In this document: positions 56,763-64,000 of the stretch, piece after piece
How the letters are laid out: the number at the start of each line of letters is the position of its first letter
Position numbering within the stretch: the first letter of the stretch is position 1
Origin: Roseburia hominis
GTDB taxonomy: Bacteria > Bacillota_I > Bacilli_A > RFN20 > CAG-826
DNA: 64,000 nucleotides
Assembly (NCBI GenBank): GCA_963642055.1
Contig: CAVIFQ010000001.1
Coordinates: 33,576 to 97,575 of the forward strand
Direction: 5' to 3'
Notes under the pieces: model-generated
Seen by the model: only the letters and a program-made list of their open reading frames with translations
Databases searched by the model: none
What the model was told of the DNA's origin: nothing
Position numbers and translations under genes: made by a program

Positions 56763-57263
56763 CTAGGCTTTTTCGCTCTCTTTTTCTTCCACTAGAGCGT
56801 AAGCGCAGCGCTTCTTCTCGCGGTAATCGGCGTAGAGAGTTGCGCCTTTTTTAAGAGTTAAATAGGTGAGATAGAGAAAACCAACGGTCAAAATGAGCAG
56901 CGCGTAATATCCGCCACCCCTTTTCATCCCAAAACCGACCGCGAAAAAGGCTGAGGCGATCGCCACCAGAAATACGAAAGAAGCCAGTAAAGCGTAGAGA
57001 TGAGCGTTCACCCGCACTTTCTCCGCTTTCTCGAGTTTATCCGCGGCCTTATGCCTATTCTCATTCGCTTTTAGGAATACGGATGTATCGATTTCGGAGT
57101 CGCTAGAAAGAACGAGCTCTGGCTCCTTTTTGAGCGGAACGAGAAGATAAGGGATATTGTTGTCCTCTTTGCTTGCTTTTTCAAAGCTTATTCCTTCATT
57201 TTTCCCGAGTTTTTTCAGGGCTTCCCCTTTATCGGAGATATTGATGCGGTAACGGTAATTCAT
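56763..57263 (-). CDS. Hypothetical membrane protein (two C-terminal TM helices)
   Basis: 166-aa ORF bracketed by its own terminator and the mgtC terminator. No SD. Confidence 0.45.
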   Translation of the reverse strand: MNYRYRINISDKGEALKKLGKNEGISFEKASKEDNNIPYLLVPLKKEPELVLSSDSEIDTSVFLKANENRHKAADKLEKAEKVRVNAHLYALLASFVFLVAIASAFFAVGFGMKRGGGYYALLILTVGFLYLTYLTLKKGATLYADYREKKRCAYALVEEKESEKA

Positions 57264-57291
57264 AAGGAGTATTTAACAACATCTGCTTGCT

Positions 57292-57325
57292 AAAAGAAAG
57301 GACGGGAAGAAGTTTCTCCCCGTCC
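57292..57325 (-). terminator. Rho-independent terminator after mgtC
   Basis: Stem GGACGGG / CCCGTCC, followed on the minus strand by TTTCTTTT. Confidence 0.7.
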
Positions 57326-57328
57326 CAA

Positions 57329-58099
57329 CTAATCGTCTTTTTGCGCCTCGAGATAATTGGAATAAATCCGATGAACCGCCGGCTTATCCTTGAAGCTGTC
57401 GATGAAGTCATTGACGTTCTCTTGCCGCGAATTGAAGGCGAAATAGACTTTGATGTCCACGGCATCGCTCCCATCTTCCTCTTTGATCTTCATCGTGCGG
57501 ATGTTTTTGACCACGAGCCAGTTAGACTGGGCCACTTCGTTTATCTCTTTGAGGATCGGCACGTTTTTATCTACCACGATGTGGACGCTTGGGGATCTCT
57601 TATATAGCCATTTCTCGACGAACTCGAGGCCGAAGAGGAAAAGGAGAGCCACCGCCGTCACCACGATGGCCTCTAAGATGAAGCCAACCCCGCACGCCAT
57701 GCCAATGCCCGTGCAGATCCATAAAGTCGCGGCGGTTGTTAAGCCTTTCACGGAAGCGCCGTTTTTGATGATGGTACCAGCGCTTAAGAAACCAATGCCG
57801 GCGATGATGCCAGCCGCTACGCGCGAAGTATCGTAATTGAGGAGCCCACGGTCAATGTCCCAGTTGCTGGTGTCATATCCTTGAGCAAGTCCGATCGCCC
57901 AAACCGAAAGAGCCATCATGAGGGCACATCCGACGCTTAGAAGAACATGCGTCCTTAAACCCGCCGCTTGCCCTTTGGCTTCGCGCTCAATGCCAATGCA
58001 GGTTGATAAAGCCCCAGCGATCAAAGTGACGATGAGCACATATAAGGCCATGCCCCAGCCATCGAATTTGTAGGCTATTGAGATTATTGCTTTATCCAT
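57329..58099 (-). CDS. mgtC: MgtC/SapB-family membrane protein with C-terminal ACT-like domain
   Basis: MgtC N-terminal pattern (IGIEREAKGQAAGLRTHVLL). The ATG at 58099 has AGGAGG 7 nt upstream and a TATAAT at 58127-58132. The ORF track start at 58153 lies upstream of that promoter. Confidence 0.8.
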   Translation of the reverse strand: MDKAIISIAYKFDGWGMALYVLIVTLIAGALSTCIGIEREAKGQAAGLRTHVLLSVGCALMMALSVWAIGLAQGYDTSNWDIDRGLLNYDTSRVAAGIIAGIGFLSAGTIIKNGASVKGLTTAATLWICTGIGMACGVGFILEAIVVTAVALLFLFGLEFVEKWLYKRSPSVHIVVDKNVPILKEINEVAQSNWLVVKNIRTMKIKEEDGSDAVDIKVYFAFNSRQENVNDFIDSFKDKPAVHRIYSNYLEAQKDD

Positions 58100-58126
58100 G
58101 CTCATTCCTCCTCTTTGAAGTAGGTC

Positions 58127-58155
58127 ATTATACGCGCTTATAAGCGCTTTCATAA
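58127..58155 (-). promoter_or_regulatory. mgtC promoter (TTATGA-17 nt-TATAAT) with a perfect 14-bp palindrome GCGCTTATAAGCGC filling the spacer
   Basis: The -10 lies at 58127-58132 and the palindrome at 58134-58147. A 12/14 second copy, GCGCTTATATTCGC, is at 58174-58187. Confidence 0.5.
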
Positions 58156-58184
58156 GCCCTTTTCAATTGTAAGGCGCTTATATT

Positions 58185-58199
58185 CGCTCTTCTAGAGCG
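58185..58199 (-). promoter_or_regulatory. Palindromic element CGCTCTAGAAGAGCG, 13 nt upstream of a TACAAT box
   Basis: Perfect 6-bp arms with a 3-nt spacer. The 13-mer is identical to 2327-2339. TACAAT lies at 58166-58171 (minus), with the same 13-nt gap as at the GH2 promoter. Confidence 0.45.
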
Positions 58200-58321
58200 T
58201 TCCCATCTTTTTGGCTAGAAAACGATGTTTCAATATCGTTACAAACGCAAAACAGTCTCGATGAAACCTATTAAATTGGCTCATATTTTAGACGTTTTAT
58301 GCCTTTTGTTTAATTTTCCGT

Positions 58322-58350
58322 TTGACACAAGGTGACGCCTTGCCTATCAT
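58322..58350 (+). promoter_or_regulatory. Candidate plus-strand promoter (TTGACA-17 nt-TATCAT) facing the 3' end of the SNF2 gene
   Basis: A consensus -35 with 17-nt spacing and an acceptable -10. No plus-strand gene is annotated downstream. Confidence 0.35.
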
Positions 58351-58356
58351 TTTAAA

Positions 58357-58422
58357 GGCCTTTTTAGGCCAGAAAATCGTCAGGAATACATTACCCCCTT
58401 TGCCTGACGGTTTTTCTTTTTT
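58357..58422 (+). ncRNA. Candidate short transcript of about 65 nt (two hairpins plus U-tract) from the 58322 promoter
   Basis: GGCC-TTTTTA-GGCC hairpin, then CGTCAGG...CCTGACG followed by GTTTTTCTTTTTT. The same hairpins probably also terminate the minus-strand SNF2 operon. Confidence 0.25.
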
Positions 58423-58426
58423 CTCC

Positions 58427-61400
58427 TTAAGAAAGGAGATACATGATGTCTTCTTCAGAAAGCAGCGATAAAGAGTCGCTCTTAGAAAGAATACTCGCCA
58501 GATCCTGCTTTTTCTCTTGGAGGGAGAGCACTTTCTCCTCGATCGTGTCTTTCGCGATCAATTTGAAGATGGTGACTTTCTTCTTTTGCCCCATGCGGTG
58601 GGCGCGGTCGCTCGCCTGGTTCTCCGCTGCCACATTCCACCACGGGTCAAGGTGATAGACGATATCGGCTCCTACGAGATTAAGCCCGGTTCCCCCGGCT
58701 TTTAAGGAAACAAGCATCACCTTCACTGGGTCATTCTCGTCATTGAAGCTATTTGCAAGAGCAATACGCTCTTTCGCGGATGTATCGCCATAAATCAAAT
58801 AACTATCGATGCCGTTTTCCCTTAATTCCGAAGCGAAATGCTTCAAGGCTTTGACGTAGCTAGAGAAAATGAGTACTTTATGGCCGCCGGAAATGGCGAT
58901 TTGGATATTGTCTAAGAGCGATTCGAATTTCGCGCCGGAAGCAGCGCCTTCGAGTATCATGCTCGGGTCGACGCAGATTTCCCGGAGCCTAGTAAGAGCC
59001 GCCAAAATCGCGATTTTGTCTTTGCCTTTGTCTTTGGCCTCGTGATGCTCTTTCGTGCCTTTGAGGAGTTCTCGCGTTTTCCGCAAATGCGCTTCGTAAA
59101 TCCGGCGCTGCTCATCGTCAAGAGCGATTGTAAGACGCTTTTCCTCTTTCGGGGGTAGCTCTTTTAAGACATCCATCTTCTTTCTTTGGAGATAGAAAGG
59201 AGCGACTTTTCTTGCTAGACGCATCTTGCTTTCATCATCTTGATAAGAGAGTTCGCCGTATTCGCCCTTAAAGTCTTTGTAAGATGGGAGATATCCCGGC
59301 AAAAGGAAATCGAAGATGCTCCATAGATCAAGGAGGTTATTCTGGATTGGGGTGCCCGTTAAAACGAAACGGTGCTTGCTCTTGAGCTCTTTCACCGCTT
59401 TGCTCTTTTTGGCGAAAGCATTCGCGATAAACTGGGCCTCATCGAGGAAAAGATAGGAGAATTCGATGCCTTTGAGCTTATCGATATCGTTCCTTAACGA
59501 ATCGTAGCTCATGATGAAGACCTCATTTTTGGCTTTTTTCATAAAGAGGATCATCTTCTCGCGGTCGGCCACCGAGCCATCCATCACGTGGACTTTCTTC
59601 CCTTTATCGAAGGTGAAGAATTCGCTCGCCCAGTTATAGATGAGCGATTTCGGGCTCACGATGAGGATGGGCCCATCCGCCTCTTTGAGCGAGAGGAAAG
59701 CGATGGTCTCCAAGGTTTTCCCTAAGCCCATCTCATCGGCGAGTAACCCCCCAAGCTCATATTTATCGTGCGCGAGTAGCCACCTCACCCCGTCTTTTTG
59801 GTAAGGGCGGAGCGTTTTCGCCAAAAACGGCGAAAGACCATCAAGCGGGAAATCCTTGTAATTCCCGATCGTAAGGAGCATTGAGCGGAGGGTTGAGGTG
59901 AGCGATTCGCTCTCCTTTTTGTAGTTTTCGAGCTTTAAAGCCTGATAAAGCGGGAGCTTCTTCCCGAAATCGTCGATGGAGAAATCGGAAGAGAGCTCTT
60001 TGACGATGCTATCGTCATCGAGCGTGATGAATGAGCCCTTGAAATGGACGAATTTCTTCTTCTTTTTGTAGGCATCGTAAATGGCTTCGAGCTCTTCGGT
60101 GGAATATTTATCGCTCTCGAGAGAAGCCGAGAACCAGTCTTCGCCGCTGCTAGTGACGATCTTGATATTCTCGAGCTTCTTCATCTTCCGATTCGCAAGG
60201 TTCTCGCTTAAAAGAAGTCTGCAGGAAGAAGAAAGAAGGGACAAATCGGCGGAAAGGAAAGCGACGATTTTCATTTCATCGCTCACCGTGCCATCTTTTG
60301 GCAAAGATAAGGTATCCAAAGCATTGAGGAAACGCTTTAAGCGGAGCGAATTGGCTTCGCCGCTTGTGGCGAAACTCTCTTCGCTCACTTCGTTTAAGGA
60401 CAATAGGTATTTGGTTTTGGCGAGCAAGGTGCCGTTTTCCTCATAGCTAAGGGAATACTCGATCTCGGCTTTCGAGGAAGGGTGCGAGATTTTGAAGCTC
60501 TCATCGACTTTCGTGCCCGAATCAAGTAACGGCACGATGTCTTCGCCGATCGAGGAAGCGAAGAACTCATAAGGGAAATCCTTGTTCTCGAGAGCGAACT
60601 TGAAGAGGGCGCAGGCGTTTTTGGAAGGGAAAAAGTGAAGAGAAAGCGCCTTTTTCTCGAGATTGAACGCCACCACTTTCTCTTTTGAGATGAAGCAAGC
60701 CGTTTTGCCTTCGACTTTCAAAGAAGAGACGATGGAGCCTTTCTCGTTTATCGAAACGCTCTCTTCGATGGGTTCCTCCACTAGATAGGTGCGGTCATCG
60801 ATATCGACGCTCTCCCCGATGAGAGTGAAGAGGAGCTCGACGAAATCGGAACTCGTGAGGTCCGCTTCGTTATAAGAGCAGTAGTAACGGTTGTTTTTAT
60901 GGTCAGCAAGCTCCAAGAAAGGAGCTTCGACTTTTTCGTCTAACTCATAGGAATCCTTTTGCCCCACTTGTTTCCCGTTCCCCAAAGAGAGGTAATTCCT
61001 GTCTTTGACGTTCCGCACGAAATTATCGATGTTGCTCACGGCATAGAGCTTGCTGAAGCCAGCCCGTAAACGCACCCGCACCGAGTCTCCCCGGTTTAAA
61101 TAAAAGCAAAAATAGATGTGCAGTTTGCTCTCTCCGCCCACTTTGTAGCTATTGAGCAGCTCTTTTTGGAGACTTTTCAAGGATTCGCGGGCCTCGTTGA
61201 TGCTTTCGGCTTCTTTCATGCTCAAAGAGGCATAAGGCAAGAGCGAAGAATAGTCATCGCCGTATCTTTCCTTCAATTTCTCCTCGCTCGCGTCTTTTTC
61301 TCGCTGGCCGAGATAATAGACGAAAGCGCAATACACAGAATCCCCATCGATAGAAAGAGGAGCATTGGAAAGGGAGACGTTCTTCGTGACGGATAGATCA

Positions 61401-61603
61401 AAAGTAAGGAAGGGGTGATCGAGGACGGCTTCTTTCGCGATGGCCACGTATCTCAATGTCCCATCCCCATTTTTGGAACGCGTCCAAAAGATATCGTATT
61501 TGTGATTACATAAGTCGGCATAGACTTGCTCACCGGCTTCAGTTTCCGCCATCATCGAGCAGTATTTGTCGAGGGAGGCCTTATCGATTTTGTAGAAATA
61601 CAT
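58427..61603 (-). CDS. SNF2-family DNA-dependent ATPase with a long N-terminal SNF2-associated region
   Basis: 1058 aa with LADEMGLGKT, DEAQ box (LDEAQFI), LTGTPIQNN and QASDRAHRMGQKK in the C-terminal half. The start lies 3 nt after the SWIM gene stop. Confidence 0.85.
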   Translation of the reverse strand: MYFYKIDKASLDKYCSMMAETEAGEQVYADLCNHKYDIFWTRSKNGDGTLRYVAIAKEAVLDHPFLTFDLSVTKNVSLSNAPLSIDGDSVYCAFVYYLGQREKDASEEKLKERYGDDYSSLLPYASLSMKEAESINEARESLKSLQKELLNSYKVGGESKLHIYFCFYLNRGDSVRVRLRAGFSKLYAVSNIDNFVRNVKDRNYLSLGNGKQVGQKDSYELDEKVEAPFLELADHKNNRYYCSYNEADLTSSDFVELLFTLIGESVDIDDRTYLVEEPIEESVSINEKGSIVSSLKVEGKTACFISKEKVVAFNLEKKALSLHFFPSKNACALFKFALENKDFPYEFFASSIGEDIVPLLDSGTKVDESFKISHPSSKAEIEYSLSYEENGTLLAKTKYLLSLNEVSEESFATSGEANSLRLKRFLNALDTLSLPKDGTVSDEMKIVAFLSADLSLLSSSCRLLLSENLANRKMKKLENIKIVTSSGEDWFSASLESDKYSTEELEAIYDAYKKKKKFVHFKGSFITLDDDSIVKELSSDFSIDDFGKKLPLYQALKLENYKKESESLTSTLRSMLLTIGNYKDFPLDGLSPFLAKTLRPYQKDGVRWLLAHDKYELGGLLADEMGLGKTLETIAFLSLKEADGPILIVSPKSLIYNWASEFFTFDKGKKVHVMDGSVADREKMILFMKKAKNEVFIMSYDSLRNDIDKLKGIEFSYLFLDEAQFIANAFAKKSKAVKELKSKHRFVLTGTPIQNNLLDLWSIFDFLLPGYLPSYKDFKGEYGELSYQDDESKMRLARKVAPFYLQRKKMDVLKELPPKEEKRLTIALDDEQRRIYEAHLRKTRELLKGTKEHHEAKDKGKDKIAILAALTRLREICVDPSMILEGAASGAKFESLLDNIQIAISGGHKVLIFSSYVKALKHFASELRENGIDSYLIYGDTSAKERIALANSFNDENDPVKVMLVSLKAGGTGLNLVGADIVYHLDPWWNVAAENQASDRAHRMGQKKKVTIFKLIAKDTIEEKVLSLQEKKQDLASILSKSDSLSLLSEEDIMYLLS

Positions 61604-61606
61604 CGC

Positions 61607-63067
61607 TCATTCCTCCCATTTACGATAATGCGCGCCTTCTAAAAGGCCGCGTTCATATAGCAAAGTGAAATAGGTTTTGTAATCGGACCTTGCTAGATAA
61701 TTTGTAACTCTCTCATCGAGATAGTAATGCTCGAAAACATCCTTCGGATAAGTTATGAAAATGATGAAAAGCGACAGCATCGACGGCTCTTTCATCTTCT
61801 CGCGCTTATTGAGGGCGACTTCAATCGCATGGAAGAGATATTTATCGTATTCTTCGCGCGGCAAAGAGGTTATTTCCGGGCTCATATAGGCAAAATGCGT
61901 CAGATTGAAGTACTTGATGAGCTTGCTGTCCTTGAGATAAAGGAAGGAGAAAGCCGAATCGAAGCCTTTGTTGAAGCTGAGCTTCGAAAACTCCTTTTTC
62001 TCCGCTTCTCTCTCCTCCTCATTCAAGAAATGATAATAAAAGAGGGCGTTGTCCAAAGTGATGTCGTAGGCATAAAGCATTTTTCGGTATAAAGCTTTGG
62101 CCGTCTCCCGGTCCTCTTTTTCCGCCACTTGGCCAAGCCGGTAATAATAATCCTGGCTCCGGGCATAATTGGCGTCGGTCCCAAGCGAAAGGAGGATTTT
62201 GTAGTTCTTCCGCCTCTTCGCTTCCTCGATGATATCGGCTTGCGAGAAACTGCTGCTCAAAGAAGTGGACAAAAGCGAGGATAGTTCCTGATCGGTGCAG
62301 GTCTCTAAGAGGCATTTGCTGAACCCGTTATCATAAAGATAAGAGCGGGTCTCGTAGGAACTATGTCTACAAGCGCTGTCAAAAAAGGAAGTAAAAGCCG
62401 CTTTATGGAAGGCGGGAGTAACAAATGCCGCCCGATAAAAATTCTCTTTGCTATTTCCGTAATAATTGGAGAGAAGCGCCCGGAAAATCTCTTTGGTGAG
62501 AGCCTCATCCAATGAGAAAGCCTCCCCGATTTTCGTGAGCTCATTCTTCATCGCCTCAAGCGAAGTGATATAAAAGCGGCCCTTTAGAGATCTATAAAGG
62601 TTTCCGAGCAAGGGAGGCAGATCCATATAGCCGCTCCTCCCGCTTTCGATATCGCTTTTGATGAAAGCGAAGCCTTCTTCCCTCGCTTCATCGAGCGTGG
62701 CGGCGCTTTTGGTCTTTTTGTTGGGCCCATTATTAAAAGAACTAGAGACTGAAACATCTTCATCAGGGGCTTGCTCAGCCACCGCGAGCAGCGTGGCGGC
62801 GATGTGCTTGCAGTCCCCGCTCCCTTGATAAGGGCAGTTGCAATAGGCTTTCTTGATGTCTTTGCTTATCGGATCAAGATCAAGCCGGACGTTATAGGTG
62901 GAGGTGCCGACCACATTCGCGTGGTATTCCCCGCTCAGATTGTCGACATAAGTTAGCCTTACTTTGTCATCGAGATAATAACGATTGCCCCGCCGATAGC
63001 TTTCGCTCGTGAAGTGGTTTATGTTTTTCCTTGAGAGGTATTTATGGAGAGTGTCATTCTGGTTCAT
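61607..63067 (-). CDS. SWIM zinc-finger protein
   Basis: 486 aa with the CxCx(n)CxH signature (CNCPYQGSGDCKH) near the N-terminus, followed by a helical repeat-like remainder. Confidence 0.75.
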   Translation of the reverse strand: MNQNDTLHKYLSRKNINHFTSESYRRGNRYYLDDKVRLTYVDNLSGEYHANVVGTSTYNVRLDLDPISKDIKKAYCNCPYQGSGDCKHIAATLLAVAEQAPDEDVSVSSSFNNGPNKKTKSAATLDEAREEGFAFIKSDIESGRSGYMDLPPLLGNLYRSLKGRFYITSLEAMKNELTKIGEAFSLDEALTKEIFRALLSNYYGNSKENFYRAAFVTPAFHKAAFTSFFDSACRHSSYETRSYLYDNGFSKCLLETCTDQELSSLLSTSLSSSFSQADIIEEAKRRKNYKILLSLGTDANYARSQDYYYRLGQVAEKEDRETAKALYRKMLYAYDITLDNALFYYHFLNEEEREAEKKEFSKLSFNKGFDSAFSFLYLKDSKLIKYFNLTHFAYMSPEITSLPREEYDKYLFHAIEVALNKREKMKEPSMLSLFIIFITYPKDVFEHYYLDERVTNYLARSDYKTYFTLLYERGLLEGAHYRKWEE

Positions 63068-63075
63068 GAACTTCC

Positions 63076-63084
63076 ATTATAGCA
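63076..63084 (-). promoter_or_regulatory. Extended -10 promoter (TGcTATAAT) for the SWIM-SNF2 operon
   Basis: Only 8 nt separate the -10 from the ATG at 63067. Confidence 0.5.
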
Positions 63085-63145
63085 TTTCTTATCAGAAACT
63101 TACTCGCCTTTTGCCGATTTCTCGGGCTTTTTTTCAAAGGAAATC

Positions 63146-64000
63146 TCAGCGCTTTCCCTTCCTATACCAGTCAATCGTCTCTTTTAAGCCGTCGAGGAAG
63201 TTTTTCTCCGCTTTCCAGGCAAGCTCTTTCTCGATTTTTGTCGTATTCAGGGAGTAACGCTCATCATGCCCTGGACGGTCAGCGACGAATCTCAATAAAC
63301 CATCGTCTTTCCCCATATAACTGAGAATCATTTTGACAATCTCGAGATTGCTCAATTCGTTATGGGCGGCAATGTTATATATCTCCCCTTCTTTACCACT
63401 TCTTGCGATCAAATCAATCGCGCGGCAATTATCCTCGACGTAGAGCCAATCTCGAATATTTTGCCCATCACCATATAAAGGCAACAGCTCATTTTTCGCG
63501 GCTTTTTTGATGAAAGAGGGTATCAGTTTCTCTTCGTGCTGGTATTTGCCGTAATTGTTGCTCGAGCGGCTGATCGAGATAGGAACGCCATACGTTCTTC
63601 GATAGGCAAGCGTCAATAAATCGCCGCTGGCTTTGGAAGCGCTGTAGGGGCTAGAAGGATTTAGCAAATCAGTTTCCTTGAAGGAAGAGCCAGAAAAAAG
63701 AGGCAAGCTGCCATACACTTCATCGGTCGAGACCTCGTGAAAACGCTTGACGCCATAAATTCGGCAGGCATCAAGAAGGACGGAAAGGCCGTAGATATTG
63801 GTTTTATAGAAGATTGAAGGATCAACGATACTTCTATCCACATGCGTCTCAGCGGCGAAATTGATGACGATATCGAAGTGATATTGCTCAAAAAGGCGAT
63901 AAACGAGCGCTCGGTCAGTGATATCGCCTTTCACGAAAGTTAGATTCTTCTCTTTAAGCAAAGGCTCAAGCTCCGAATAGGAACTCGCGTAAGTGAGAGC
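63146..64000 (-). CDS. rfbB: dTDP-glucose 4,6-dehydratase; 5' end lies outside the window
   Basis: The frame stays open upstream of the ORF-track TTG at 63961 (own translation ...LTYASSYSELEPLLKEKNLTFVKGDI...). SDR-extended motifs STDEVYG and YSASK are present. Confidence 0.85.
   Translation of the reverse strand, partial: ALTYASSYSELEPLLKEKNLTFVKGDITDRALVYRLFEQYHFDIVINFAAETHVDRSIVDPSIFYKTNIYGLSVLLDACRIYGVKRFHEVSTDEVYGSLPLFSGSSFKETDLLNPSSPYSASKASGDLLTLAYRRTYGVPISISRSSNNYGKYQHEEKLIPSFIKKAAKNELLPLYGDGQNIRDWLYVEDNCRAIDLIARSGKEGEIYNIAAHNELSNLEIVKMILSYMGKDDGLLRFVADRPGHDERYSLNTTKIEKELAWKAEKNFLDGLKETIDWYRKGKR

Noticed and set aside
58100-58426. Possible Mg2+ (M-box) riboswitch upstream of mgtC.
   Set aside because: The best promoter leaves a leader of only about 20 nt, and I saw no multi-helix M-box-like structure in the upstream 300 nt. 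Regulation looks operator-based instead.
58443-58655. 70-aa plus-strand ORF with a strong AAAGGAG SD, antisense to the SNF2 3' end.
   Set aside because: The SD and ATG are simply the reverse complement of the SNF2 C-terminal codons (…IMYLLS). The product is Ser/Phe-rich and non-protein-like, and a terminator lies immediately upstream.

Overview
Chromosomal window from a compact Bacillota-type genome using the standard genetic code. Gene order closely mirrors the Bacillus subtilis housekeeping blocks: nusB-xseA-xseB-dxs, xerD-deoB, yqeG-yqeH-yhbY-nadD/yqeK-rsfS, plsY-parE-parC, ispG, cshB-nfo, ispH, trmK, rpoD-dnaG-glyQS-recO-era-cdd-ybeY, rpsU, mtaB-rsmE and dnaJ-dnaK-grpE-hrcA-hemW-lepA. About 59 protein genes are supportable. 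I recognised no rRNA, tRNA, CRISPR array or transposase. Two genes were recovered by hand because they are too short for the ORF track (rpmG, rpsU). One gene runs off each edge: a GH2 hydrolase on the left that the track does not list, and rfbB on the right that it lists only from an internal TTG. The most notable content is non-coding. (1) Plus-strand genes (2.4-11.4 kb) and minus-strand genes (12-64 kb) converge on a 560-bp AT-rich gap. That gap carries a near-canonical 28-bp XerCD dif site (11759-11786), so the window appears to span the replication terminus. (2) A convergent intergenic region at about 56.44-56.71 kb contains three stem-loops. Each displays an AAGGAGG/GAGGAGG sequence in its loop (CCUCC on the other strand), which makes it a candidate undescribed sponge or anti-SD small RNA. 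(3) An AATTAGTAG(A)T motif recurs at six intergenic loci, always co-oriented with the upstream gene. (4) An identical 13-bp palindromic element sits at the -35 position of two unrelated promoters (GH2 and mgtC). Protein-level oddities: a second sigma-70 paralog directly after rpoD; a C39-peptidase/ABC-TMD protein with no ATPase domain; a Fic-fold protein with a degenerate active-site motif inserted between lepA and hemW; a NadD-like/YqeK fusion lacking HxGH; a PD-(D/E)XK-XPD/DinG fusion helicase; a SWIM plus SNF2 gene pair; EF-P without the KPGKG loop; and several genes whose -10 box lies 6-10 nt from the ATG (possible leaderless mRNAs). All functional calls rest on my own motif and synteny recognition. 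No database search was possible.
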